A stretch of DNA of 46,329 bases from an uncultured Candidatus Bathyarchaeia archaeon (GCA_964618655.1 CAZUFG010000002.1:1-46329); one strand, 5' to 3'; shown: positions 8,057 to 17,883, numbered from the stretch's first letter. The notes: generated from the sequence alone by a model not told the origin. Numbers and translations are program-made.

Positions 8057-8533
8057 GTGAAAGCAACTAAACCTAGGAAACAGCGGAAAAAACTGTATCA
8101 GGCCCCGCTTCATGAGCGGTATAAACATTTTTCTGCGCCTCTCTCGCCTGAATTAAAATCCTCCCAAGGTGCCAGTTCAGTTCCTGTGAGGACTGGCGAC
8201 ACGGTTCGAGTTTTGAGGGGAGACCGTAAAGGCTTGGAGGGAAAGGTTACAAGGGTTGACCGAACAGAGTATAGAATTTTTGTTGAAGGGGTGACCCGAG
8301 AAAAAGTGGATGGAACCAGCATAACGGTTCCAGTTCATCCGTCAAAAGTCATGATTACCCGTCTCAATCTTGACGACAAATGGCGAAGGGAAATATTAAA
8401 GAGAAAAGGTGTTGGCAAGAAGGTCGAGTTGCCTGAAGAAGAGGTAAAGGAAGAAGAGAAACCGAAGCCGAAGGAAAAAGAAAAGAAACCGAGGAAACGC
8501 AAAACCGCCAAGAAGGAGTCTGGAGGAGCCTAA
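8057..8533 (+). CDS. rpl24: 50S ribosomal protein uL24, with a KE-rich C-terminal extension
   Basis: GTG start. The KOW motif is VRTGDTVRVLRGDRKGLEGKV. Synteny supports the call. Confidence 0.93.
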   Translation: MKATKPRKQRKKLYQAPLHERYKHFSAPLSPELKSSQGASSVPVRTGDTVRVLRGDRKGLEGKVTRVDRTEYRIFVEGVTREKVDGTSITVPVHPSKVMITRLNLDDKWRREILKRKGVGKKVELPEEEVKEEEKPKPKEKEKKPRKRKTAKKESGGA

Positions 8534-8534
8534 T

Positions 8535-9293
8535 TTGGGGAGAAAAGGTGGAAGAAGGCATCTAAAGCGAAAACCAGCGCCGAAGTTTTGGCCCATTCAT
8601 AGGAAGGAGGCTGTTTGGACTGGTAAGCCGAAGCCCGGGCCTCACCCGATTTCGAGATGTATACCCTTAACGCTTCTCATTCGTGACATGCTGGGGTTCG
8701 CAAAAACGCGGAAGGATGTCAAGGCAATAGTTTCCCAAGAAAAGATAAAGGTCGACGGAAAAGTTCAGCGAGAAATACTCTTTCCGACTGGCTTGATGGA
8801 TGTAGTCTCTATACCCGAAGCTGAAAAAGCCTATCGAGTCTTACCTTCTGAGAAAGGATTGTTTCTCCATCCAATTGGTAAGGAAGAAGCGGAATTTAAG
8901 TTATGTCGGATTGAGAATAAGAAAGTGGTAAAGGATGGTCATGTGGAGCTTAATCTTCACGACGGAAGAAACTTGCTCATTCGAGTGGAGGATCCTAAAA
9001 AGCCCAAAGAAGACGTTTATCAAACGTTGAATACGTTGAAGATGCGTGTCCCTGACCAAGAAATTGTTGGATACGCCAAGTTGGCTGAAGGTGCTCCAGC
9101 AATGATTGTTGAAGGCAAGAATGCAGGGAAGTACGGCAAAATTGTTTCTGTTGAAGAACGGCCAGGCCAAAAACGTAGGGACTCGCTCGTCACCATAGAG
9201 GATAAGAACGGAAACCGTTTCCAAACAATTCTAGACTTTGTTTTTGTCCTCGGCGAAGCAGAGCCCCTCATCTCTTTACCGGAGGCTGACTAG
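8535..9293 (+). CDS. rps4e: 30S ribosomal protein eS4
   Basis: TTG start. GRKGGRRHLKRKPAPKFWPI is the eS4 N-terminus. Confidence 0.94.
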   Translation: MGRKGGRRHLKRKPAPKFWPIHRKEAVWTGKPKPGPHPISRCIPLTLLIRDMLGFAKTRKDVKAIVSQEKIKVDGKVQREILFPTGLMDVVSIPEAEKAYRVLPSEKGLFLHPIGKEEAEFKLCRIENKKVVKDGHVELNLHDGRNLLIRVEDPKKPKEDVYQTLNTLKMRVPDQEIVGYAKLAEGAPAMIVEGKNAGKYGKIVSVEERPGQKRRDSLVTIEDKNGNRFQTILDFVFVLGEAEPLISLPEAD

Positions 9294-9294
9294 T

Positions 9295-9840
9295 TTGTCA
9301 GAAGAGGAAATTCGCAAGAAATGGGCTGAAAACCCAATGCTTAAGCCCAGAATTGAAAAGGTAATCGTCAACATTTCTGTGGGTGCGTCTGGAGAGCCCC
9401 TTGAAAAGGCAACTAAAGTCCTCAAGCAATTAACGGATCAGGAGCCATGCAAGCGAAAGGCAAAGAAGACCATACGGGATTTTGGAATTCACAAGGGCGA
9501 ACCAATCGCTTGTCTCGTAACTCTACGAAGAAGTAGGGTAGTAGATTTTCTTAAGAAAGCCTTTCATGCGGTTGACAACAAGATTTCGAAGGATTGTTTT
9601 GATCGGTATGGCAACTTTTCTTTTGGCATTAAGGAGCATATAGAAATTCCGGGCACGAAGTATACGCCGGAACTTGGCATATTTGGAATGGATGTTTCAG
9701 TGGCTCTCTGCAGACCCGGATATCGAGTTAAGAAGCGGCACCGCGCTAAGTCGAGGGTTGGTTTGCGTCACTTGTTAACGCCTGACGAGACCATGGTATT
9801 TATCAAAGACGAGTTTGGAGTTAACATCGCTGAAGAATAA
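9295..9840 (+). CDS. rpl5: 50S ribosomal protein uL5
   Basis: The track ORF starts at 9238 inside rps4e. An in-frame TTG at 9295 follows GGAGG and the rps4e stop. [13 protein letters not shown] is an L5 motif. Confidence 0.9.
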   Translation: MSEEEIRKKWAENPMLKPRIEKVIVNISVGASGEPLEKATKVLKQLTDQEPCKRKAKKTIRDFGIHKGEPIACLVTLRRSRVVDFLKKAFHAVDNKISKDCFDRYGNFSFGIKEHIEIPGTKYTPELGIFGMDVSVALCRPGYRVKKRHRAKSRVGLRHLLTPDETMVFIKDEFGVNIAEE

Positions 9841-9841
9841 G

Positions 9842-10015
9842 GTGACTCGCTTGGCAAAGAAGGAAACTAAAAAAGAACGAAAATTTGGTAAGGGTAGTCG
9901 ACCATGCAGACGATGTGGGTCATATGGACCTGTTATTCGTCGTTATGGGCTGAACTTGTGTCGTCAATGCTTTAGGGAGATGGCCAAAAAGTTAGGTTTT
10001 AAAAAATACCAGTAA
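9842..10015 (+). CDS. rps14: 30S ribosomal protein uS14 (zinc-binding type)
   Basis: In-frame GTG at 9842 immediately after the rpl5 stop. [25 protein letters not shown] is the CxxC...CxxC motif. Confidence 0.92.
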   Translation: MTRLAKKETKKERKFGKGSRPCRRCGSYGPVIRRYGLNLCRQCFREMAKKLGFKKYQ

Positions 10016-10032
10016 AGGAGGCTGATGATGAC

Positions 10033-10425
10033 TTGACTATGATGGACACCCTCGCAAACGGGCTGACAACAATTCTGAACAATGAGTTGAGAAACAAACG
10101 TGAATGCGTGATCGGTCCAGCCTCGAAACTGTTGGGACGAGTTTTGAGAGTAATGCAACTAAACGGTTACGTGGGCGAGTTTGAATTCATAGATGATGGA
10201 CGTTCTGGAAAGTTTAAGGTCCAACTCCTCGGTCGGGTAAACAAGTGTGGTGCCGTAAAGCCTCGCTACTCTGTGGGTTCTAACGAGTTTGAACCTTGGG
10301 AGAAACGTTTCCTTCCTTCCAGAGATGTCGGCCTTCTTGTGCTTTCTACTTCTAAGGGAGTGATATCTCATCGGGAGGCTAAGGACAAGAAAATTGGGGG
10401 ACGACTTCTGGCGTTTGTCTATTAG
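10033..10425 (+). CDS. rps8: 30S ribosomal protein uS8
   Basis: [14 protein letters not shown] is the S8 N-terminus. The exact start is uncertain (10033, 10039 or 10042). Confidence 0.93.
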   Translation: MTMMDTLANGLTTILNNELRNKRECVIGPASKLLGRVLRVMQLNGYVGEFEFIDDGRSGKFKVQLLGRVNKCGAVKPRYSVGSNEFEPWEKRFLPSRDVGLLVLSTSKGVISHREAKDKKIGGRLLAFVY

Positions 10426-10436
10426 GGTGAGTTGGA

Positions 10437-10985
10437 ATGCGGGCCATAGAAGCTGTGAAATCTATCGAAATTCCAGAAGGCGTGGAGGTTCAAGTAGAGC
10501 GGAGAATCGTTACTGTTAAGGGCGAAAAAGGAACATTGAAGCGAGATTTTTCCCATGCTCCTATTTCCATCGAATTAGAAGGGCGCGCAGTCAAAGTTTT
10601 GGCTGACTGGCCTAGAAAAAAGGAAACAGCACTAGTAGGAACAATCGGTTCACACATTCAGAACATGATAATCGGAGTCCAAAAAGGCTTTACTTACAAA
10701 CTGAAAATTGTGTTCTCTCACTTTCCTATATCCGTGAAGGTTATGGAAAGAGCCGTAGCCATAGAAAACTTTACTGGAGAACGGAATCCTCGCATAGCCA
10801 AAATCATGGGCGACGTTAAGGTCGTGCCAAAAGGCGAAGACGTAATCGTTCAAGGAATCAACATCGAGGACGTCAGTCAAACAGCCCTAAACATCGAAAA
10901 TGCGACCAAGGTTAAGGCTAAAGACCCCCGAGTGTTTCTTGATGGCATCTACGTCTATGAGCGACATGAAGGAATGGAAGGATGA
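10437..10985 (+). CDS. rpl6: 50S ribosomal protein uL6
   Basis: 182 aa with the two-domain L6 pattern (VTVKGEKGTLKRDF...). Synteny supports the call. Confidence 0.93.
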   Translation: MRAIEAVKSIEIPEGVEVQVERRIVTVKGEKGTLKRDFSHAPISIELEGRAVKVLADWPRKKETALVGTIGSHIQNMIIGVQKGFTYKLKIVFSHFPISVKVMERAVAIENFTGERNPRIAKIMGDVKVVPKGEDVIVQGINIEDVSQTALNIENATKVKAKDPRVFLDGIYVYERHEGMEG

Positions 10986-11488
10986 AACGCAAAGAAAAGC
11001 TGGAGACTCCCCCTCAAACTAAAGAACACGCCCTAAAACTGCGAAAAAGCATCAAGAGTAAAAAGCCTGATTTTCAGCGGGAGGAAGGCTGGCGGTACAA
11101 ACGACTAAAAAGAAGCTGGAGAAGAGCACGTGGCCTAGACAGCAAAATGCGGAAAAAGTTCAGCGGCTGGCCCAAATCTGTCGAGATTGGTTACAGAGGC
11201 CCAAAAGAGGCGAGGAATCTTCATCCTTCAGGGTACGAGGAGGTTTTAGTGCGAACTCTTGACGACATTGCGAAAGTTGACCCGAAAATACAAGCAATAA
11301 GAATTGCTCATGATGTTGGAGCGAGAAAGCGCGTTGAGCTTTTGGACAGGGCTAAGGGTAGGAAGATTCACATTTTGAATCCAAGAGAAGTGAAAGAAGA
11401 GGTCATTGAAGAAGTCGCGGAAGAGGCAGAGAAGGAGAAGGCTGAAGTCAAAGAAGTGGAGAAAGAAGAAGGAGAAAAGAAAAGTTGA
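10982..11488 (+). CDS. rpl32e: 50S ribosomal protein eL32, with a KE-rich C-terminal tail
   Basis: WRYKRLKRSWRRARGLDSKMR...GYRGPKEARNLHPSG is the L32e core. ATGA overlap with rpl6. Confidence 0.92.
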   Translation: MKRKEKLETPPQTKEHALKLRKSIKSKKPDFQREEGWRYKRLKRSWRRARGLDSKMRKKFSGWPKSVEIGYRGPKEARNLHPSGYEEVLVRTLDDIAKVDPKIQAIRIAHDVGARKRVELLDRAKGRKIHILNPREVKEEVIEEVAEEAEKEKAEVKEVEKEEGEKKS

Positions 11489-11937
11489 GCCTCAGAAGTC
11501 AACGTCGTCTAGCCGCCCAAATTCTTAAGGTGGGTGAAGGCCGAGTCTGGATCGACCCCGATCGAACAGAAGATGTTGAGGCGGCGATTACAAGAGAAGA
11601 AATACGAAGACTGATTCATGAAGGCGCTATCCAAAGTCGTTCTGAGAAGGGAATAAGTCATGTCCGTGCAAATGTGAGACATGAAAAAAGAAAAAGAGGC
11701 CTAAGAAGAGGGCCAGGCCTAAGAACAGGGACTTCCGGAGCTAGAGTTTCCAAAAAGCGGGCTTGGATTCAAAAGATTCGCCCGCTACGGACGAAACTGC
11801 GAGACTTCAAGGAAGGTCATGCGATTACAGAAAGCGCGTACCGTCGACTTTATAGTATGGCGAGTAGCGGGGTGTTTGAATCTGCTGCTGACCTAGAGCG
11901 TTACATTAAAGCTCATGGGTTGTGGAGGAAACGCTGA
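11485..11937 (+). CDS. rpl19e: 50S ribosomal protein eL19
   Basis: TTG start overlapping the rpl32e stop. LRSQRRLAAQILKVGEGRVWIDP is the L19e N-terminus. Confidence 0.93.
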   Translation: MSLRSQRRLAAQILKVGEGRVWIDPDRTEDVEAAITREEIRRLIHEGAIQSRSEKGISHVRANVRHEKRKRGLRRGPGLRTGTSGARVSKKRAWIQKIRPLRTKLRDFKEGHAITESAYRRLYSMASSGVFESAADLERYIKAHGLWRKR

Positions 11938-12533
11938 TGGCAACTGGTCCGAGTTATAGGGTTCCTTACCGAAGACGAAAAGAGGGAAAAACCGATTACC
12001 AGCAGAGAAAGGCGCTTATCCTGTCTAAGTTGCCTCGGATAGTAGTTCGAGGTTCTCTTAGGCATATAAGTGCCCAAATTGTTAAGGCCAAGACGACTGG
12101 CGACGAGGTCATTGCTTCAGCCAACTCAGGTCAATTGACGAAAACTTATGGTTGGAAGGGCGGCTGTGGTAACCTTTCTGTAGCCTATCTAACCGGGCTT
12201 TTATGCGGTCATAGAGCGGTTGCGCATGGCGTAAAAAAGGCGGTTCTGGACATTGGTTTGCAGTTGCCTTCCCGAGGTGCCCGAGTTTTCGCTGTTTTGA
12301 AGGGCGTTCTTGATGCTGGTGTGGTGGTTCCTCACGAGAAAGAAATGTTGCCAGACGAAAAAAGAGTAATGGGGCAACACATTGTTGATTACGCAAAGAA
12401 GCTTTCATCAGACCAAGAGGCTTATCAGAAAAAGTTTTCCAAGTATTTGGCTAGGGATTTGCGTCCCGAACAACTTCCAGAACATTTTTCTGCTGTGAAG
12501 GAAAAGATTGTGGGCGATTTCAAGGGCAAGTAA
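11937..12533 (+). CDS. rpl18: 50S ribosomal protein uL18
   Basis: The ATG at 11937 overlaps the rpl19e TGA (the track ORF starts at 11922). YRVPYRRRKEGKTDYQQR is the archaeal L18 motif. Confidence 0.93.
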   Translation: MATGPSYRVPYRRRKEGKTDYQQRKALILSKLPRIVVRGSLRHISAQIVKAKTTGDEVIASANSGQLTKTYGWKGGCGNLSVAYLTGLLCGHRAVAHGVKKAVLDIGLQLPSRGARVFAVLKGVLDAGVVVPHEKEMLPDEKRVMGQHIVDYAKKLSSDQEAYQKKFSKYLARDLRPEQLPEHFSAVKEKIVGDFKGK

Positions 12534-12608
12534 CAATTCTGTAGAATCTGTATTCTATGTTTTGAGTTTCAAGTCGTAAAACTTACCTATCATTCTCTCG
12601 TAGAAGTT

Positions 12609-12992
12609 TTGTTTAAGAAAAGGGGACGGATCAAACTGGCTTTCAGAGAGTATCTTCACGAAAAGGCGGAGGAGTCGAGGCATAACGAAACTCTCGGATA
12701 TCTGATCGCCATCATGGGTTCTGTCTTCTTGGTTGGGGGAATACTTGAAACAGTCATGACAGCTCCGAACCCGAAGTGGTTTTTATTTTTCCCTTATGAA
12801 ATAAGCACTCATCCGTACAGCCTTTTGGGGCTATCTCTTACGGTCATTGGCATAGTGTTGCTTCTTCTCGGAATAGTCATAAGCATCCACTATGCGTTAG
12901 AAAGATCATGGTACATGAGTAAGCTAAAAGAGGCGCACACGATAGAGCAAGAAAAGCTACGATACGAATCACCACAGCAAAAAGAAATCTGA
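12609..12992 (+). CDS. Small membrane protein (two predicted TM helices) inserted between uL18 and uS5
   Basis: 127-aa ORF with hydrophobic stretches LGYLIAIMGSVFLVGGILETV and LLGLSLTVIGIVLLLLGIVISI. The start is uncertain (TTG 12609 or ATG 12714). No family recognised. Confidence 0.55.
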   Translation: MFKKRGRIKLAFREYLHEKAEESRHNETLGYLIAIMGSVFLVGGILETVMTAPNPKWFLFFPYEISTHPYSLLGLSLTVIGIVLLLLGIVISIHYALERSWYMSKLKEAHTIEQEKLRYESPQQKEI

Positions 12993-13180
12993 CGTAAGAG
13001 ATTTTCAGGAGTCTCCGTCTGTAATTTTGGCGTAAATCGTCATCTAAGAATTTTGTTCTCTTAAACTGTAAGCGAAACGGGAACTACAGATAAACTTAAA
13101 AATGTTGAATCATTAAGCATTAGGAGCCGGATAAACATGGAACAGTTAAACAATGTTTCCTCATTCATGGAGGAGAAAGC

Positions 13181-13813
13181 ATGACATCTGCCGAGGAAAG
13201 GGTAGAAGGCTGGAAGCCACGCACGAGACTTGGGAAAATGATTCAGGAGGGGCGCATCTCCTCCGTAGACGAAGTATTTGCAGAAGGGCTTAAAATACGT
13301 GAGCCTGAAATAGTAGATGTCCTCCTTCCTGAACTCCAAGAAGAAGTTATTAACATTAACCTAGTTCAAAAACAAACAGACGCAGGCGAAAAATCAAGAT
13401 TTAAAGCCATAGTTGCGGTTGGAAACCGTGACGGCTACATTGGCTTAGGCGCAGGAAAGGCCAAACAGGTGCGTACCGCTATTGAGAAAGGTGCCGCGAA
13501 CGCCCGCCTCAACATAGTTCTTGTCCGTCGAGGATGCGGAAGCTGGGAATGCGGATGTGGAAAACCTCATTCTCTTCCTTTCCAGGTTCGGGGAAAATGT
13601 GGCAGTGTAGAAATAGTACTTATTCCTGGACCCCGTGGTCTTGGTCTTGTTGCGAGCGAAGAGGCTAAAGTCATACTCGGACTGGCTGGAATTAAAGACT
13701 GCTGGACCAAAAGTTATGGCTCCACCAGAACTATTCCTTCCTTCGCTTACGCGGTGTTTGACGCCCTTCGGAAAACATGCAGGCTCGTCACGACGAAAGA
13801 GTGGGTGGGATAA
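13181..13813 (+). CDS. rps5: 30S ribosomal protein uS5
   Basis: FKAIVAVGNRDGYIGLGAGKAKQV and GPRGLGLVA are S5 motifs. GGAGGAG lies upstream. Confidence 0.95.
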   Translation: MTSAEERVEGWKPRTRLGKMIQEGRISSVDEVFAEGLKIREPEIVDVLLPELQEEVININLVQKQTDAGEKSRFKAIVAVGNRDGYIGLGAGKAKQVRTAIEKGAANARLNIVLVRRGCGSWECGCGKPHSLPFQVRGKCGSVEIVLIPGPRGLGLVASEEAKVILGLAGIKDCWTKSYGSTRTIPSFAYAVFDALRKTCRLVTTKEWVG

Positions 13814-13815
13814 AC

Positions 13816-14298
13816 GTGGCGGAGGAGAAACGAAAATGTTTGGCGGTCATCCGCGTTCGTGGAGGAGTCAATGTTTTCCGAGAAATTGAAGACACGCTGA
13901 AAATGCTTCACCTCACCCGAAACTGTCACGCTACACTGATTGATGACCGCCCAGCGTATGTTGGGATGTTACGTAAAGCCCAAAACCAAGTGACATGGGG
14001 CGAAGTTTCTAAAGAGAACATAATGTTCCTTCTGAAGGAGAGAGGCCGACTAGTCGGAGATGAAGAATTAACCAACCAATACGCTCAGCAATTGGGCTAC
14101 AAATCACTCGACGAGTTGGCTGAAGCCATACACCAAACAAAAGTCGAGTTTAGTCGTCTCAAAAACGTAAAGCCAGTGTTTCGTCTTCATCCGCCAAGTA
14201 AAGGCTTCCGGGGGAAGGTGAAGAAAAGCTATACTGCAGGTGGAGTTACTGGCTACAGGGGTGAAGCCATAAACGAACTTATAAAGCAAATGACTTAA
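13816..14298 (+). CDS. rpl30: 50S ribosomal protein uL30
   Basis: In-frame GTG at 13816, 2 nt after the rps5 stop (the track ORF starts at 13777). LAVIRVRGGVNV...LKMLHLTR is the L30 motif. Confidence 0.92.
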   Translation: MAEEKRKCLAVIRVRGGVNVFREIEDTLKMLHLTRNCHATLIDDRPAYVGMLRKAQNQVTWGEVSKENIMFLLKERGRLVGDEELTNQYAQQLGYKSLDELAEAIHQTKVEFSRLKNVKPVFRLHPPSKGFRGKVKKSYTAGGVTGYRGEAINELIKQMT

Positions 14299-14862
14299 TT
14301 GACTGATGCGACACAGTTTTTGTGGAGGAAAACTTCATTGAGCGAAGATTGGTGGAGACGAAGAAAACGCCCATGGTTCGACATATTCGAGGAATTCGAT
14401 AAACTCGAGGAAATGATGGATGAAATGATGCGTCGAGCCTTTGAAACGCCGAAAAAAGGAGCATGGGAACATAAGCCTTATGTTTACGGTTTCTCCATGT
14501 CTGTCGGACCCAACGGAAAACCCATAATTCGTGAGTTTGGAAACGTTCAGCCCAGTCGTGTCGGACCAAAAATTCGGGAGGAACGAGAACCCCTCGTGGA
14601 CGTTATAGAAGAGGACAAAGACGTGGTTGTCGTGGCTGAACTTCCCGGTGTGGAGAAAGATGACATCAACCTTAACACTACAGAAAATAATTTGACGATT
14701 TCTGTAGATACACCTCAACGAAAATATCGGAAGGAACTTCCGCTTCCAGCAAAAGTAGACCCCAAATCCGCTCAGGCCTCTTACAAGAATGGAGTGCTCG
14801 AGGTGCGCCTGAAAAAGTTCATGGAAAAAGCCTTCAGGGGCGAAAAAATCTTCGTGGAATAG
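14299..14862 (+). CDS. Small heat-shock protein, Hsp20/alpha-crystallin family
   Basis: PLVDVIEEDKDVVVVAELPGVEKDDINLNTTENNLTISV...ASYKNGVLEVRLKK is an alpha-crystallin domain. The TTG start abuts the rpl30 stop, and later in-frame starts are possible. Confidence 0.85.
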   Translation: MTDATQFLWRKTSLSEDWWRRRKRPWFDIFEEFDKLEEMMDEMMRRAFETPKKGAWEHKPYVYGFSMSVGPNGKPIIREFGNVQPSRVGPKIREEREPLVDVIEEDKDVVVVAELPGVEKDDINLNTTENNLTISVDTPQRKYRKELPLPAKVDPKSAQASYKNGVLEVRLKKFMEKAFRGEKIFVE

Positions 14863-14865
14863 TTT

Positions 14866-15330
14866 ATGCCTCACAAACTGAGGAAAACCAGAAAACAGCG
14901 TGGTTCCAGATTCTACGGATACGGCAGGGTAGGCCAGCATCGAGAAAGTGGAACCAAAGGCCACCGAAAGGTGGGTCGCCACAAACACGGATGGACATAC
15001 GTAATAAAGCATGAACCCGACTACTTTGGGAAAAGAGGTTTCACACATCCAAGAAGTGTAGGCCGAACAGTCAACGCAATCAATGTTGGCGAACTCGAAG
15101 AACTAGCCACTAAACTGGTCTCAGAAGAAAAAGTGGAAAAGAAGAAGGGAAAGGTTTTCTTAGACCTTGAAAAACTTGGATATGACAAACTTTTGGGAAC
15201 GGGCAACATAACAAAGCCCCTCATAATCAAGGTCACCTCATACTCAAAGGGCGCGGTTCAAAAAATAGAAGAGGCTGGCGGACAAATCCTAAAAGAAGAT
15301 GAGGGCGAATCTGCCCAAGCTAAAGATTAA
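14866..15330 (+). CDS. rpl15: 50S ribosomal protein uL15
   Basis: RKTRKQRGSRFYGYGRVGQHR is the L15 N-terminus. It precedes secY. Confidence 0.94.
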   Translation: MPHKLRKTRKQRGSRFYGYGRVGQHRESGTKGHRKVGRHKHGWTYVIKHEPDYFGKRGFTHPRSVGRTVNAINVGELEELATKLVSEEKVEKKKGKVFLDLEKLGYDKLLGTGNITKPLIIKVTSYSKGAVQKIEEAGGQILKEDEGESAQAKD

Positions 15331-15385
15331 TTATCATGAACTGTAATTTGCCTTAATAGACAGATGGTTGACGAGGAGAAAAAGC

Positions 15386-16828
15386 ATGGCTGGCCGGTTC
15401 CTCAGAATGTTTGAGCCCCTTTCTAGGGTTATGCCTGAAGTTGGTGCACCCGAGCGAAAAGTGGGCTTCAACGAAAAGTTGTTTTGGACCGCCTTAGCGC
15501 TTGCCCTATACCTCGTCATGTCTGAGATACCGCTCTTCGGAGTTGGAAAAGGCGCAGGATGGGAACTCCAGTACCTTCGGGTAATTTTTGCCTCTCATCG
15601 AGGCACACTGATGGAATTGGGAATCGGTCCCATCGTGACTGCTGGACTCATCTTACAGCTTTTGGCTGGATCGGGCATAATTCAGTGTGACATGTCTGAC
15701 CCTGATGATCGAGCTCTCTTCACTTCTGCAAGCAAGTTCTTTAGTTTAGTCATGATTGGAGTGCAGGCTTCCGCTTACCTAATAGGGGGGGTCTATAATG
15801 TTGGTGGCGTCGGCCTCTCACCAACCGTGTCTATCTTCGTTTTTCTGCAACTCTTAGCCGGTGGAATAATGGTAATGCTCCTAGATGAGATGGTGCAGAA
15901 GGGCTGGGGACTCGGAAGCGGAATCAGCCTCTTCATCGCAGCAGGCGTGGCTCAAAACATTTTCTGGGACAGTTTAGGCCCAACACCTAACATGGCGGAC
16001 GGGAAAAGCTACGGCGCGTTCATCACTTTCTTTCAAACAATTGCTAGCGGCCAGTCTCTAAGTAACATGATTTTCAGGGTGGATAAGGATGGCAAGGTCC
16101 AAAATCTTCCCACTATGCTGGGCTTTTTCACCACAGTAATTGTCTTTCTCATTGTGATCTATGTGGAAGGTGTCAGAGTTGAGCTTCCCGTCTCATACGC
16201 TAGTTATCGAGGGTTCCGTGGTAGGTATCCTATTAAACTTCTCTATGTATCTAACTTACCCGTAATTTTTGCCTCCGCCCTCTTTGCGAACATCTACTTC
16301 ATATCTCAACTTCTCTCAGCCCATTTCCCAAACAACTTTTGGGTCGGTCTCTTAGGACAGTATTATACACCTTCAGGGGGACAACCTCAACCTTCTGGCG
16401 GTCTCGTATATTATGTGCTACCTCCTCGAAACATTTTGGATGTTCTGAGTGATCCTACACGAGCCCTAGTGTTCACTGGTATCATGGTTACGTTCTGTGT
16501 TGTCTTTTCACTTACATGGATTGAAGTTGGAGGCTTAGGTCCGAGAACCATAGCGAAACAGCTTGTTGACTCGGGGATGCAGATTCCAGGGTTCCGAAGG
16601 TCCGGCAAGCCCATTGAGATGGTTCTTAACCGATACATTCCGGTGGTTACCATACTCGGAGGGCTAGTAGTCGGATTAATCGCTGCGGTTGCTGACTTCT
16701 TCGGAGTGTTCGGTTCAGGGATGGGTGTCTTGCTAACAGTCGGAATTCTGTATCAATACTATCAAATTCTGATGCAGGAACGCGTTGCAGAAATGTACCC
16801 AGGTTTCCGTCGCTTCCTTGGAGGATGA
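15386..16828 (+). CDS. secY: Preprotein translocase subunit SecY
   Basis: ATG at 15386 after GAGGAG (the track ORF starts at TTG 15368). About 10 TM segments. LMELGIGPIVTAGLILQLL is the SecY TM2 motif. Confidence 0.95.
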   Translation: MAGRFLRMFEPLSRVMPEVGAPERKVGFNEKLFWTALALALYLVMSEIPLFGVGKGAGWELQYLRVIFASHRGTLMELGIGPIVTAGLILQLLAGSGIIQCDMSDPDDRALFTSASKFFSLVMIGVQASAYLIGGVYNVGGVGLSPTVSIFVFLQLLAGGIMVMLLDEMVQKGWGLGSGISLFIAAGVAQNIFWDSLGPTPNMADGKSYGAFITFFQTIASGQSLSNMIFRVDKDGKVQNLPTMLGFFTTVIVFLIVIYVEGVRVELPVSYASYRGFRGRYPIKLLYVSNLPVIFASALFANIYFISQLLSAHFPNNFWVGLLGQYYTPSGGQPQPSGGLVYYVLPPRNILDVLSDPTRALVFTGIMVTFCVVFSLTWIEVGGLGPRTIAKQLVDSGMQIPGFRRSGKPIEMVLNRYIPVVTILGGLVVGLIAAVADFFGVFGSGMGVLLTVGILYQYYQILMQERVAEMYPGFRRFLGG

Positions 16829-16831
16829 CAC

Positions 16832-17416
16832 TTGGGTAAAGTTGCGGTGGTCACAGGTATCCCAGGAACGGGCAAGACCACCGTTTGCAACGAACTTTCG
16901 GACTTAGCAAAACAGTGTGGAAGGAAGATCAGAGTGATAAACTACGGATCGGTTATGCTTGAATTATCTCAAGAGAGAGGAAAAACCATTCATAGGGATG
17001 AGATAAGAAAGTCTAATCTCTTTTTTCAACATGAGCTTCAGATAGAGGCAGCCAAAGTCATATCACAGAGAATAGCAAAGACTGAAGGGGACGTCGTCAT
17101 TGACACGCATATGTCAATAAAAACAAATGACGGATATTGGGCAGGTTTACCATTCAATGTTTTACAATTTCTAGGTCCCAGCCTTTTCGTTTTGGTTGAA
17201 GCCAAACCTGGCGAAGTGCTCTCACGAAGGTTAAAAGACATAACTCGCAGACGAGATAAGGTTTTAGAAAGTGAAATTGCTGAAGAGTTTATGTTTTCAA
17301 GGCTTATGGCTGCCACCTGTGCCGTTTTGACAGGTGCTTCAGTGCAAATAGTTAAAAACTCAACTGGGAAACAAGTTGAAGCGGCGAAAGAAATCTTAAA
17401 GTTGCTGGAGAAGTGA
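16832..17416 (+). CDS. adkA: Adenylate kinase, archaeal type
   Basis: TTG start. VVTGIPGTGKTT is the P-loop. Size and the position after secY are typical of AdkA. Confidence 0.88.
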   Translation: MGKVAVVTGIPGTGKTTVCNELSDLAKQCGRKIRVINYGSVMLELSQERGKTIHRDEIRKSNLFFQHELQIEAAKVISQRIAKTEGDVVIDTHMSIKTNDGYWAGLPFNVLQFLGPSLFVLVEAKPGEVLSRRLKDITRRRDKVLESEIAEEFMFSRLMAATCAVLTGASVQIVKNSTGKQVEAAKEILKLLEK

Positions 17417-17883
17417 AAATGGACTTTATAGAGTGGTTGTTAATGCCTTATGCGCCTGGAGCAACAGTTTCTATTCTGCTACTTTCTATGGGAGTTTCGT
17501 TCCTCACCACTTTCATAAATAGTCTTTTCACCAAGAAAGAAGAACTCGCTACCATGAAGCGGGAAATTTCCGAGTGGACTTCCGACTTTACTAAAGCCAG
17601 ACGCAGCGGCGACAAAAAGCTTCTTGCAAAAGTTAAAAAGCAAGAGCCCCACATTCGGCAACTCCAATCTAAGATGATGTGGCGCTCAATGAAAGTAAGC
17701 ATAATCTTTATGATTCCCTTCTTTTTCATGTGGCAATTACTCTACATGCATTACCTTCTCAATCCTGTCGCCATCTTCCCGGGTTTCGGTCCGTTACCTG
17801 TCGTCTGGTGGTACCTGCTCTGTTCATTTTTGTTCGGAACCTTTTTTTCCCGTGTACTCGGTTTGACGATGGAGGTTACGTAA
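17413..17883 (+). CDS. DUF106 / EMC3-Oxa1-like membrane protein (archaeal YidC-like insertase candidate)
   Basis: 156 aa with a TM, charged coiled region, TM-TM layout. The position after adk is conserved in archaea. Confidence 0.75.
   Translation: MKMDFIEWLLMPYAPGATVSILLLSMGVSFLTTFINSLFTKKEELATMKREISEWTSDFTKARRSGDKKLLAKVKKQEPHIRQLQSKMMWRSMKVSIIFMIPFFFMWQLLYMHYLLNPVAIFPGFGPLPVVWWYLLCSFLFGTFFSRVLGLTMEVT

Noticed and set aside
10021-10070. C/D-box sRNA-like signals (GCTGATGATGA ... CTGA) at the rps14-rps8 junction
   Set aside because: They overlap the rps8 start region. No C' or D' boxes or terminal stem were found, and the box matches are short enough to be chance.
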